Positions 1 through 10,031 of a stretch of DNA of 58,858 bases are shown in pieces (position 1 is the stretch's first letter; each line of letters opens with the position of its first letter). Source of the stretch: a virus (taxonomy: Duplodnaviria; Caudoviricetes); the IMG/VR virus record IMGVR_UViG_3300022909_000024, positions 1-58,858 of that record; one strand, written 5' to 3'. The notes beneath the pieces are model-generated. The model was not told the origin of the DNA. It saw nothing but the letters and a program-made list of their open reading frames with translations, and did not search any database. The position numbers and the translations under genes are program-made.

Positions 1-168
1 ACTAACCTGAAGTTTTACCTTGAGAATGGCGGCGCATACAACGACATAACACCTTTACGTAACACCGTAAGCCTTACTGACCCGTTTACTACCACCAATG
101 GTTCCCCTACGGTAAGTGTTGTAGACGCTAATGGGGGTTACATTTCAGGTGATTTTGTTACGTTTTCG
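1..168. repeat. Terminal direct repeat, copy 1 (circular assembly overlap)
   Basis: 1-168 matches 58691-58858 except at 127/58817 (g/a) and 138/58828 (t/c). Confidence 0.95.
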
Positions 169-1632
169 GGTGCTTCTGCTGTTGGTGGACTTACCCTAAA
201 CGGCGAATATCAGATAACCGTCGATACCACTGTAGCTAATACTTACTTTATAACTGCTGATAGTAACGCCACTTCTACAGCAACTGGGGGTGGTACAGTG
301 TCTGCTGCCTACCAAATCAATACCGGAGCGGCTTATGTAATACCTCTAACAGGCTGGGGAGCAGGGTCTTGGGGTGCTGGTGTATGGGGCACTGGTGGTA
401 CGTCTGACACGCAGATACGTCTCTGGTCACAGGCTAATTTTGGTGAAGATCTACTGTTTGGGCCGCGTGGTGGGCCTATATATTACTGGGATGCCACGTC
501 AGGGCTTACCTCTAGGGGGGTATTACTCTCGTCCGTATCACCTGCTACAGCTAACGTACCGACCGTACAAGACGTTATTTTGGTATCAGATATCAGCCGG
601 TTTGTGTTTTGTTTTGGTTGTAACGCGTTGGCTAGTGGCACTAAAAACCCCATGTTAATCCGTTGGTCAGACCAAGAAGACTCTACCCAGTGGACTCCTG
701 CGGCAACAAACCAAGCAGGTAGCCTACAGCTATCTAGAGGCACTGAGATCGTAGCGGCTAAACAAGCTCGTCAGGAAGTCCTAGTGTGGTCAGATTCGGC
801 CCTATATGCCCTCCAGTACGTCGGTGCCCCAGTGGTATGGGGAGCGCAGCTTGTAGGTGAAAACATCTCTATAGCCTCTCAAAATGCGGTAGCGTACGCC
901 AACGGTGTGGCCTACTGGATGGGTGTGGATAAGTTCTATAGGTACGATGGTCGTACCCAACCACTACCTTGTAATCTCCGTAAGTTTATCTTTAATGATT
1001 TCAATACTCAGCAGTACGGCCAAGTGTTTTCGGGCACTGTAGAGGCATACCATGAAATTTGGTGGTTTTATTGTTCTGCCGACTCACAAACAGCTAACAG
1101 GTACGTTGTGTATAACTATCTGGATAACATTTGGTACTACGGCACAATGGATCGCACCGCGTGGTTAGATTCGGGATTACGAGACTTCCCGTTAGCTGCG
1201 ACTTACAATAACAATCTCGTGAATCAGGAAGAAGGCGTCGATAATAATGAGCTAGTGGACAGTGCGCCAATACACGCATACGCCACCACTGCCGAGTTCG
1301 ATCTAGATGACGGACATCAATTCAACTTTATCTGGCGTGTACTTCCTGATATCACGTTTGACGGATCTACAACAGAGTCACCGAGCGCCGTTATGACGCT
1401 ATTACCTATGCAGAACTCTGGCTCTGGGTACAACTCCCCTGCTTCGGTAGGTGGGTCAAATGATGGTACGATTACTCGGTCTGCTGTGTTACCTATAGAG
1501 AAGTTTACCGGACAACTCAATACGCGGGTTCGTGGGCGGCAGATGGTGATGAAGATTGAGTCTACCGGATCGGGCGTAACATGGCAGTTAGGCTCACCTA
1601 GACTAGATATGCGACCTGATGGACGACGATAA
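1..1632 (+). CDS. 3' part of a ~617-aa tail hub/nozzle (stabilisation-type) virion protein that starts at ATG 58469 and crosses the junction
   Basis: Frame 1 is open from base 1 (TNLKFYLENGG...) and in frame with ATG 58469 (MPLQKLALKPGVNRENTRY...). Beta-rich with IRWSDQED and EIWWFY segments; lies upstream of the ejection-protein genes. Function inferred. Confidence 0.7.
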   Translation, partial: TNLKFYLENGGAYNDITPLRNTVSLTDPFTTTNGSPTVSVVDANGGYISGDFVTFSGASAVGGLTLNGEYQITVDTTVANTYFITADSNATSTATGGGTVSAAYQINTGAAYVIPLTGWGAGSWGAGVWGTGGTSDTQIRLWSQANFGEDLLFGPRGGPIYYWDATSGLTSRGVLLSSVSPATANVPTVQDVILVSDISRFVFCFGCNALASGTKNPMLIRWSDQEDSTQWTPAATNQAGSLQLSRGTEIVAAKQARQEVLVWSDSALYALQYVGAPVVWGAQLVGENISIASQNAVAYANGVAYWMGVDKFYRYDGRTQPLPCNLRKFIFNDFNTQQYGQVFSGTVEAYHEIWWFYCSADSQTANRYVVYNYLDNIWYYGTMDRTAWLDSGLRDFPLAATYNNNLVNQEEGVDNNELVDSAPIHAYATTAEFDLDDGHQFNFIWRVLPDITFDGSTTESPSAVMTLLPMQNSGSGYNSPASVGGSNDGTITRSAVLPIEKFTGQLNTRVRGRQMVMKIESTGSGVTWQLGSPRLDMRPDGRR

Positions 1633-2537
1633 TGGCTGGAGACAACACCAGATATGACGTTCCGTTCCGTGCCCCAGCACTGCCCTATGCCCCACAGGTA
1701 TACGATCAGGAGTCATTTGAGCAGTTTAATAATATACTTAGGATATACTTTAACCAGCTAGACAACGCGCTGAGAAACGCTATGGCAATCCAAGAACCGT
1801 ACGAATTACAAGTAGCTAAAGGCCAAATAGCTGGGGCCAGTGCATTGTATAAGTTCGGTACCAATCCAGACATCAATAGCGCAGAAGAAACGATATGGAG
1901 CACTGGGGGTGATTATCCTTGGCCCACGGCTGCATTTACTGCGTTTATTAGTAGCTCTAGTGCAGCAGATACTAGTGCAGGTACGGGTGCACAGACCGTA
2001 ACCATTCAGGGGTTAGACGAGAATTACGAAGTTAAAAGCGTTACGGTTAATATGAACGGCCAGACTCAGGTACAAATTGGTGATGCCTCTAGCTGGTTGC
2101 GGGTTAACCGCATATTTGTTGCTACTTCAGGATCAGGCGGCACTGCTGCAGGTACGATCTATGTCGCTAATAGTGGGGTTACCAGTGGGGTACCTACCGG
2201 AATAACGTACGGGAATATAGTACAAGGCGACAACCAAAGTCAGATGGCGGTATATACCGTCCCCGCTGGACATACGCTTTATATTGACGATGTTACGTTT
2301 ACAGCAGCTATCGCTATTGCTAACAAGAACGTAACCGCTAAGTTCGTGACTAGAGAATTTGGTTCAAACACGTTTCGCACAAGGATCATACAGACGGTAC
2401 AAAGCAACCTGCTTGTAATACCCTTTGATTACCCGTTGAGCATTGCAGAGAAAACGGATATGGAATGCCGAGCCAGCTCCGATACCACCAGCGTAGTCGT
2501 CGGCGCATCATTTCAGGGGGTGCTAATAGCAAACTGA
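1632..2537 (+). CDS. Virion structural protein (N-terminal helical segment plus beta-rich domain)
   Basis: 301-aa ORF overlapping the previous stop (TAATG), in the structural arm. Confidence 0.6.
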   Translation: MAGDNTRYDVPFRAPALPYAPQVYDQESFEQFNNILRIYFNQLDNALRNAMAIQEPYELQVAKGQIAGASALYKFGTNPDINSAEETIWSTGGDYPWPTAAFTAFISSSSAADTSAGTGAQTVTIQGLDENYEVKSVTVNMNGQTQVQIGDASSWLRVNRIFVATSGSGGTAAGTIYVANSGVTSGVPTGITYGNIVQGDNQSQMAVYTVPAGHTLYIDDVTFTAAIAIANKNVTAKFVTREFGSNTFRTRIIQTVQSNLLVIPFDYPLSIAEKTDMECRASSDTTSVVVGASFQGVLIAN

Positions 2538-2538
2538 T

Positions 2539-3000
2539 ATGATGGTCGTAGATAGCAAAAAAGATAGAATCCTTACGCAAAAAGAAATACTAGAAGTAGT
2601 AGGGAACAACATAGGCTTCGGAAACGGTGATAGAGATATCATTATGGAAAGATGCCTTTCATTCATTAATGATAAAGACAAAGAGTTTTTGCAAAAAGGG
2701 AACACTTTGTTTGTTACTAACTACTCAAAAAATACAGCGGACTTGCAAGTCTTTACCGCAGATTCTGCAAAAAACTTTGTTTCCAACTGTATAGAGTATT
2801 TTGAACACGTCCGTAACAAAGGGGTGATGACGTACACAGCAGTTATAGAAGGGCCGCTTGTACGAGTAACTAGCATATTTAAGCGTCATGCCGTTAAGAT
2901 GGGTGCCCGGATTGGGCAATGCCAAATAAACCCTCAAAAACACCTACTAATAGTGTACGTAAATAACGTTACAGCTACTATGGAGCGTGCACATGGCTAG
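2539..3000 (+). CDS. Hypothetical protein preceding the internal virion protein cluster
   Basis: 153-aa ORF tightly packed between neighbours. Confidence 0.6.
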   Translation: MMVVDSKKDRILTQKEILEVVGNNIGFGNGDRDIIMERCLSFINDKDKEFLQKGNTLFVTNYSKNTADLQVFTADSAKNFVSNCIEYFEHVRNKGVMTYTAVIEGPLVRVTSIFKRHAVKMGARIGQCQINPQKHLLIVYVNNVTATMERAHG

Positions 3001-6000
3001 TTTAACAGAAAAAATTGCTGCTGCGGGGGGAGCAGTTGGTTCAGCTATAGGTACTATATCGCAAGCAATCGGGTTAGGAGATCCTAGCAACCGAGGCGGG
3101 AATATAAATGCTGGTCTTCTAACTCTTGGTGGCCCTTCATTAAACCCATTTTTTAGTCTTGATACAAGAAGGTTTTCTGCGGCTACAGGAGGTATACCTG
3201 ATTCTGAAGAATTCAGAGGACAGGCAGAATCGCTCTTTGACCTACCTCCGGGTACGTTAACAGACGAAAATTTACCCCAAATACTCGGCACTTTGCAGCA
3301 GTTATACCCCCAAGAATTTTCTACGTTAATGCAAGTCACTACGGGGGCTAGTGAAAATGAAGTCCGTGCATGGGTTAACCGAACTGCGGCAGATTTAGCA
3401 TTAGATATCCTTGGCGTGGATAGCATGCCTACGTATGGTACCGATGCTTTCACTGATTTCTACGAAGAATATGGCGCTATACTGCGTGGAGAAACTACTG
3501 AACGTAGTCAAACATACATAGAAGAAAAGAAGATAGAAGTCGCAGCGGGGATTTTTGAAGAACTTGGTTACGAACCATCCCCGGAGCAACTTAGAGAAGC
3601 TGCTTTAGCGGATAACTACCCCACCGCAGAATCCATCGGGGCGTATGTAGACCCGCTACAAGTTACAACTGATGAAGTTATAGAGAGACTAGAACGGTTA
3701 GGGGTAGACGTTGAAGCTCAAGCCGAGGCAGCAGGTCAAACTCCCGAAGAGTATGCAGAACAGATAAAAGAGTCCATACCGCCCGGAGATGGTTCAGAAG
3801 CCGCCTTTGATGAATCTATGGTAATGTCGTTGACTTCTACAGCAGCGGCTTCTGGAGGTTTTAAAGAATCTATAACTAAACTCGCTACAGGTGTACGGAA
3901 CCTACTATTTGGTACTGGCCCCGGAGGCAGACCCAAAACATGGCAAGAAATACTTAAAGAACAGATAGAAAAAAAGTATTTTCCTACATTTGAAGATCAG
4001 CTACCGGGTTTTCCGCTTGAAATTATCTTTGAACCGGGAGGCGCCTCTGCCTCTAACCCGACTGGTGCGTTAGTCCGAGCAAACGTAAAAATACCCGTGC
4101 CTTTCCCTGTTAACGGCCCTCCAATAGTCATCCCGTTATTTAATGAAAATGGTACTTATATAGGGCCGTCTACCCCTTCTGGGTTATTAGTAGACCCTGA
4201 AACAGGGATTATTACTCAGGTAGTAGAGGGTGTAGAACAAACTGTCGCTCAAATCAAAGGCGAAGCGGTACAAATTCTTGGCGCTGCGGGGGATGTTGTT
4301 AGGTCGTTTCCGTTATGGATGCTGGAAAACCCTGATTGGAAAGAAGGTGACCCCAACCCGTTTGAGATAGAGGTTGATGAAAACGGAGATATAACTCCTC
4401 AAGTAGACGAGAATGGTAACGCTGCTACAGGCTTTGACCCCGAAACGGGCCTACCTGTATATGAGCAACCCAATGAAGACGAAGAAACCCCTAAAACTGC
4501 GTGGGAGCAAGAAGGTGACGATGCGTTAGGTAGTATGGGTGGCCCTGCTGGTAGCGCATCAATTACTGCTGAAGATCTTGAAGCTCAAAAAGAAGCCATC
4601 CTATCTACAATAAGCGAAGAACTAAATGCTTTGGGTATTGCCGTAGAAGATGTAGAGGCTATTTTAGGTGGTATCGAAACTACCTTGGAAGACGTAGCCA
4701 CCACTGATGACCTTGATGTACTGCGTACTAATATCAATGAAGACTTAGAAGAAAGTCTTGGTGCGCTAGGGTTGGATATAGAGGAAGTAAATGACATTGT
4801 AGAGAGTGTAGCTACTGACCTCGACACACTCAGTGGAGATGTAGCTGCTGTTGGTGAAGCGGTAGAAACTGTTAGCGGTCAGGTCGCAGACCTCGATACA
4901 GAACTAAATGACCGGATAGACGCGTTAGTAGCTGCTGGTGAAGATAGAGCTACCGCTGTAGATACTGCCCTTGGTGACTTAGCTACTGAAATCGGTACTA
5001 CAAAAGACGATATTCTTGAACAACTTGGTACTACCGAAGCTAACCTTTCTACTGAAATACAAGCTGTTGGTGAAGCGGTAGAAACTGTTAGCGGTCAGGT
5101 CGCAGACCTCGATACAGAACTAAATGACCGGATAGACGCGTTAGTAGACCAAGGTGCTACAGAATACGAAGCCCTGTCAGGTGCTATATCTAGCCTCGCC
5201 TCAGACCTTAACACCTCAGAAGAAAATATACTAAGCGCAATAGCGACGAGTGATAGTGACATCAAAGCACTCATTGGTACCCCTGCCATAGAAGACGACC
5301 CTACTACAGAAGAAGATGAAAGTGCCCCTGCTACTGGGCTATATGCTGAATTTGGCCCCTTGGCTACTAAAACAGATGTGGAAGCTGTTGGTACGAGTGT
5401 AGCGGAACTTAGCGAGCTGGTTACATTTTATGCTAATCAAGGTTTTGAAAACGACGAAGCGTTATCTCTGGCTATATCTGACTTATCTGACCGTCTTGGT
5501 ACTACAGAAGAAAACTTACTAACAAGTTTAGGTGAAACTGAAGAAACCATATTGGGTGCAGTAGAAGGTGTTAGTGCTCAAATTGACGAAACAAATGTCA
5601 ACATAGCTAACCTTAATGAACTCATTGTACAGTATGAATTAGATGGCAAAACGCGTGATGAAGCTCTTAGCCTTGCGCTCAGTGACCTGTCTACTGATCT
5701 TGGGATTACTAAAGAAGAAATTTTAACCAATCTTGGTGAAACTGAAGAAACCATACTTACACGTATTGCAGAGTCAGAAGACAATACTGAAGAGTATCTT
5801 ACCTATATTAGTAACATTATCGGTATACCGGCTTCTGAAATAACGCAAGAAGATGTAGATGGTATTGTTGGGCTTCTGGGCGAAGAAGAAGCCATTACTG
5901 AAATTAACAATGATATCCGTTTGTACGATGCTAACTTTGATGGTGTTATCAATGATATAGACATTGGGTTATTGCAAGGGCTCGTTGACGCAGGTATAGA

Positions 6001-6454
6001 AGGTGTCGGTGAGATCCCTGCTACTGGTCTATATGCTGATGCTGCTCAACGCCAACTTGAGTTACAAGGGTACATAGACGACTCAGCACAAATTACGCAA
6101 GGGTTAATCAGTAGTGAAGCGGCAGATACTAGGCAGCTTGTAGGCCAGACGGCTTTGGTTAACGCTTTGGCAAGTGCGGGGGATTTAAGTGGCACCCGTG
6201 TTGACGTATCGACGCCTGACCCAGCAAGAATCAACTACATATACGATTTTGCGGATATCTTTGCTACACCCCAACAAAAAGGGTTATTCCCGTCACCTTA
6301 CGGTGGCCCCCAACGTGCTCAACAGCAGCAAATTGCTCAAAAACGCAGTATCATGTCAGGCCCATTGCAGATCGGGGGTATGGCGCAAGGGGGTAAAGTA
6401 GACTATGATTTTACCGATGAAATCATGCAGATAATGTCTTATGGAGACAACTAA
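2993..6454 (+). CDS. Large acidic helical-repeat protein, probable internal virion/ejection protein
   Basis: ATG 2993 follows GGAG. Very D/E-rich, apolipoprotein-like helical repeats, exact internal 85-bp duplication, C-terminal MAQGGKV. Confidence 0.6.
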   Translation: MASLTEKIAAAGGAVGSAIGTISQAIGLGDPSNRGGNINAGLLTLGGPSLNPFFSLDTRRFSAATGGIPDSEEFRGQAESLFDLPPGTLTDENLPQILGTLQQLYPQEFSTLMQVTTGASENEVRAWVNRTAADLALDILGVDSMPTYGTDAFTDFYEEYGAILRGETTERSQTYIEEKKIEVAAGIFEELGYEPSPEQLREAALADNYPTAESIGAYVDPLQVTTDEVIERLERLGVDVEAQAEAAGQTPEEYAEQIKESIPPGDGSEAAFDESMVMSLTSTAAASGGFKESITKLATGVRNLLFGTGPGGRPKTWQEILKEQIEKKYFPTFEDQLPGFPLEIIFEPGGASASNPTGALVRANVKIPVPFPVNGPPIVIPLFNENGTYIGPSTPSGLLVDPETGIITQVVEGVEQTVAQIKGEAVQILGAAGDVVRSFPLWMLENPDWKEGDPNPFEIEVDENGDITPQVDENGNAATGFDPETGLPVYEQPNEDEETPKTAWEQEGDDALGSMGGPAGSASITAEDLEAQKEAILSTISEELNALGIAVEDVEAILGGIETTLEDVATTDDLDVLRTNINEDLEESLGALGLDIEEVNDIVESVATDLDTLSGDVAAVGEAVETVSGQVADLDTELNDRIDALVAAGEDRATAVDTALGDLATEIGTTKDDILEQLGTTEANLSTEIQAVGEAVETVSGQVADLDTELNDRIDALVDQGATEYEALSGAISSLASDLNTSEENILSAIATSDSDIKALIGTPAIEDDPTTEEDESAPATGLYAEFGPLATKTDVEAVGTSVAELSELVTFYANQGFENDEALSLAISDLSDRLGTTEENLLTSLGETEETILGAVEGVSAQIDETNVNIANLNELIVQYELDGKTRDEALSLALSDLSTDLGITKEEILTNLGETEETILTRIAESEDNTEEYLTYISNIIGIPASEITQEDVDGIVGLLGEEEAITEINNDIRLYDANFDGVINDIDIGLLQGLVDAGIEGVGEIPATGLYADAAQRQLELQGYIDDSAQITQGLISSEAADTRQLVGQTALVNALASAGDLSGTRVDVSTPDPARINYIYDFADIFATPQQKGLFPSPYGGPQRAQQQQIAQKRSIMSGPLQIGGMAQGGKVDYDFTDEIMQIMSYGDN

Positions 6455-7308
6455 TGAGTTTGTTTGATTATTACGCCGATGCACTTGAAATAATGAATGA
6501 AAATTCAGGTGGGCAAGCAGGGTTAGTCGCACTACCAGAAGCGCAAATGATGTTTAACAATGTTTATACCACAGATACTTCTGCGGGAGGTGTGGTCACT
6601 GATTCGGAAGGCAGAACAACTTTTGGTATACCCAATTATTCTTTTGTGCGAGGGCGTGTCCCCGGAACATATAATTCAGAACGTCGTCCCGGCAGTCGGG
6701 GGCAGCGATACTTTACCGACTATGCGTATACCCCGCGTGGATCAGAATTTCCCGCTCAACAAGCGTTTGCAGCACAAGCAGCGCAATTACAGGGTGCCAA
6801 TGCTGGTAATATGACCCCGTATCCCGGCCCTGTTACACCCCCTGCTCCTACGGGTATGACAATGGCTGTCGATGGTAGTGGCCCCGCTTCAGGCGTAATC
6901 AATACTAACCCAGTACCCCAACAGCAAGGGCTTTCTAATTTTTCTTCTCAGTATAAGTATGGTGGACTCGCTGCACTAGCTGGTGGTGGCCCCGCTTCTG
7001 CGTATAACAGACGCTATAATGGATACGCTGCGGGTGGAAGACCTGCCAATCCGGGTTATTACCTAGGCGGTAGTACAGATGGTATGGCAGATAAGGTACC
7101 TGCACGTATTGATGGCACCCAAGAAGCACGTTTAAGTGATGGTGAGTTCGTAATCCCTGCTGATGTAGTAAGTCACTTGGGTAACGGTAACTCCAATGCA
7201 GGTGCGAAAAACTTGTACAACATGATGGATAGGGTACGCAAAGCACGTACCGGCAATACGAAACAGGGTACCGAGATTAACCCTAACAAATTTATACCAA
7301 GTAGGTAA
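6454..7308 (+). CDS. Internal virion protein with a DGMADKVPA...LSDGEFVIPADVV domain
   Basis: Motif resembles the xxGG...LSxGEFV segment common in phage tape-measure and internal proteins. Confidence 0.6.
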   Translation: MSLFDYYADALEIMNENSGGQAGLVALPEAQMMFNNVYTTDTSAGGVVTDSEGRTTFGIPNYSFVRGRVPGTYNSERRPGSRGQRYFTDYAYTPRGSEFPAQQAFAAQAAQLQGANAGNMTPYPGPVTPPAPTGMTMAVDGSGPASGVINTNPVPQQQGLSNFSSQYKYGGLAALAGGGPASAYNRRYNGYAAGGRPANPGYYLGGSTDGMADKVPARIDGTQEARLSDGEFVIPADVVSHLGNGNSNAGAKNLYNMMDRVRKARTGNTKQGTEINPNKFIPSR

Positions 7309-7313
7309 CGATT

Positions 7314-8105
7314 ATGGCCGCAGGGGATATAACTTCAGAAACTAGTTCGCTATCTGGGTATGCAGCACCCTATGTAACGGAGATGCTAGGTAAGGGTAGG
7401 GCACTTGCTAATCAAGGGTATCAGGCTTATACAGGGCCACTCACCGCTGGGCAATCTGCTGGGCAACAAGCAGCGTTTCAAGGTATAGCAGGGCTTGCAG
7501 TACCCACCCAACAGATGGGGGCTTTTCAGCCGCAGCAGTTCACAGCACAAGCGGCGCAAGATTACATGAACCCATACCTTCAAGCTGCGTTAGACCCGCA
7601 AATTGAAGAAGCACGACGGCAAGCACAAATATCTAGACTTGCTGACGCAGGGCGATTGACCAAAGCTGGTGCCTATGGTGGGTCACGCCAAGCAATTATG
7701 GAGTCTGAGTTAAACCGTAACTTGATGCAAAATCTTGCAGGTATTACAGGTCAAGGATACCAAGACGCCTATACCCAAGCCATGAATCAATTTAACGTTG
7801 AACAACAACGACAACAAACAGCTCAAGATGCCGCCAACCGATATGGTTTAGAAGCATTGGCTTCACAAGCTAATCTTGGCGCACAAGAACGCGCCATTGA
7901 ACAAGAAGGCATAACCGCAGACCTAGCGCAGTTTGAAGAAGAACGTGACTTCCCGTACAAGCAAGTACAATATCAACAGTCGTTGTTACAAGGATTGCCG
8001 ATTGCTGCACAACAATACAGCTATCAAGAACCTAGTGCGTTAAGTGAATTTATAAGCGGAGCGGGTGGTATTCTCAGCCTGTTTGGACTTGGAGGGGACG
8101 GCTAA
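7314..8105 (+). CDS. Probable DNA ejection (transfer) protein
   Basis: Q/A-rich, YMNPY and GAYGGSRQA segments, hydrophobic Gly-rich C-terminus, podovirus ejection-gene position. Confidence 0.6.
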   Translation: MAAGDITSETSSLSGYAAPYVTEMLGKGRALANQGYQAYTGPLTAGQSAGQQAAFQGIAGLAVPTQQMGAFQPQQFTAQAAQDYMNPYLQAALDPQIEEARRQAQISRLADAGRLTKAGAYGGSRQAIMESELNRNLMQNLAGITGQGYQDAYTQAMNQFNVEQQRQQTAQDAANRYGLEALASQANLGAQERAIEQEGITADLAQFEEERDFPYKQVQYQQSLLQGLPIAAQQYSYQEPSALSEFISGAGGILSLFGLGGDG

Positions 8106-10027
8106 TGGCTATGAATCCGATGGGTGGTATTGACCAACAAATTACTCAACGCGCTACTAGGCTTAAGAACGACCCTAACGCGTTAATGCAGCAGTATGGG
8201 CAGAGTAAAAACATCCTTGACTTGATTGCAGCCCAACGCGCCGCAGAGAAAGTACAGAAGGAAAAACAACTTGCTGCGTTGCAGATGCAGGGTAACCCAC
8301 CAACTGTAGCTGACCAGTTAGAACAGACTCTTATTGCTTCTGAAAAAGAGGAGATGGCACCTGATCTAGCGGGTATGAAGAACTTGCGTGACCGCACTAA
8401 AGGCGTAGCTGGTGTACTTGCTCAGAAACAACAGCAACAACAGAAACGTATGCAGCAGATGGGGCAACAGCCACAACGCCCACAAGGATTACCCTCACAA
8501 CCTACACCGAATCTAAATCGTATGTACAACGGCGGTATTGTTGGGTATTTTGATGGTGGTGCAGTAGCTGAAAAACTCGGTATTAGTATAGAAGAGTTGG
8601 AGGCTAGAATTGCAGACCTAGAAAAAAGAGGGTTATCTAGAGAAAAAGCTGAAAGCGTACAGGAAAATGCGGCTGCTTCGGGTTTTCGTCGAGATATGAC
8701 TATAGCTGAAGGATATCAACAAAAATTAGGTGCATCTCCCTTAGCTGCGCGCCCTACAAGACCAGAAGAAGTCATAGAAACCGAATCCGTCACAGAAGTT
8801 ATGCCTACCGGTGGTGTTGATTTAGCCGCACAAAGGCGAGCACAAGATTTAACTGATGCAGTGAATGCGGAACAAAGACAAATGGCCGCTGCTAGAGAAC
8901 CTGATGTAGCCGCTGCCGCTGTTGAAGAAATAGAAGAAGTAAAAGCCCCGCCATCGATACAAGAGCAGATGGACGCTGCGTTAGCACCGGCACAACCAGA
9001 AGGTATGATGTTTGAGCCTGAAGTTATGCAAGCTGGTAGACAACAAGCGGCTGATAAAGCAGCGAAAGAACAGTTCGGTAGAAATGCAGCATCGTTAGGT
9101 TTGGGCGGTATGTCTATTAGACCATTAGAAAAGATGACGCAAGCGCCAGAAATGTTGCGTCGTAGACCTACTGAACCAGAAAGAAAACGTACGCCCCAAG
9201 AATTACTTAACGAGCGACTAACTGCTGAATTTGATAAGCTGTCCAAGCAAGAAGCTGAGTTAGAAGATACTCGTAGTACAGGACGTAAAATACTAGACCG
9301 TCTTGCAAGAGGCGCTGTTCGTGCTGCTGAAGGCCCAGCCGCTGCTACCTCTCGGGGTGCTTTAGCTAGTTTAGGTGCCGGTATAAGTAGAGGTGTTGAA
9401 GAAGAAAGGCAGACACGTAAACAGGGCTTGGAAGCTATCGCTAAACGTCGTGCAGACATGTTGAAACTTGGTGCGGACATATCGCAGAGTGAGCGTGGGT
9501 TGGATATCCAACAACAACGTGCCGACACTCTAGGTGAACAATTAGCACAAGAACAAGCGCAGTTTGATCGGAAGATGGAGTCACAAAGTGAGCAGTTCCA
9601 ACGAACTATGCAGCTCAAAGAAAACGAATTGGCTAATTCAAACGCGTTGAATATTATCAAAGCACAGAACAAAGCAACCTATGACGCCGCAATGCTAGAT
9701 ATCAAAGGGGCAGAGTTAGAAGCACAGGTAGCCTTCAACGATGCAAGAACTCAGCAAGGTAACCAAACCCTTCAACTCAGAGCGGCAGATGCTTTAGGTA
9801 AGTACAGCAGCAAGTTGCAAGAAGTGCAGCGAGAAGCTATAGACGCGTTATCATTTAACCCGCAGTATAAAAACAACCCAGATGCGTTGAAAGCAGCAGA
9901 AAAGGCGATAAGGTTAGAGTTCAAAACTCTAATAGACGCTAAGAAAGCTGAGTTTGCCGCTTTGGGTGCTGGATCGAGTGGGTTGAGTGAATCGTCTGAG
10001 GCGGCATTGGCTAGTCTAGGTATATAA
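8105..10027 (+). CDS. Probable ejection protein (coiled-coil)
   Basis: 640 aa, Q/E/A-rich helical, between the small and the giant internal proteins. Confidence 0.55.
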   Translation: MAMNPMGGIDQQITQRATRLKNDPNALMQQYGQSKNILDLIAAQRAAEKVQKEKQLAALQMQGNPPTVADQLEQTLIASEKEEMAPDLAGMKNLRDRTKGVAGVLAQKQQQQQKRMQQMGQQPQRPQGLPSQPTPNLNRMYNGGIVGYFDGGAVAEKLGISIEELEARIADLEKRGLSREKAESVQENAAASGFRRDMTIAEGYQQKLGASPLAARPTRPEEVIETESVTEVMPTGGVDLAAQRRAQDLTDAVNAEQRQMAAAREPDVAAAAVEEIEEVKAPPSIQEQMDAALAPAQPEGMMFEPEVMQAGRQQAADKAAKEQFGRNAASLGLGGMSIRPLEKMTQAPEMLRRRPTEPERKRTPQELLNERLTAEFDKLSKQEAELEDTRSTGRKILDRLARGAVRAAEGPAAATSRGALASLGAGISRGVEEERQTRKQGLEAIAKRRADMLKLGADISQSERGLDIQQQRADTLGEQLAQEQAQFDRKMESQSEQFQRTMQLKENELANSNALNIIKAQNKATYDAAMLDIKGAELEAQVAFNDARTQQGNQTLQLRAADALGKYSSKLQEVQREAIDALSFNPQYKNNPDALKAAEKAIRLEFKTLIDAKKAEFAALGAGSSGLSESSEAALASLGI

Positions 10028-10031
10028 AACT

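Noticed and set aside
8716-9672. Long antisense ORFs (for example 8716-9672 and 12851-13711)
   Set aside because: Shadow frames of the real genes, with no RBS or recognisable motifs
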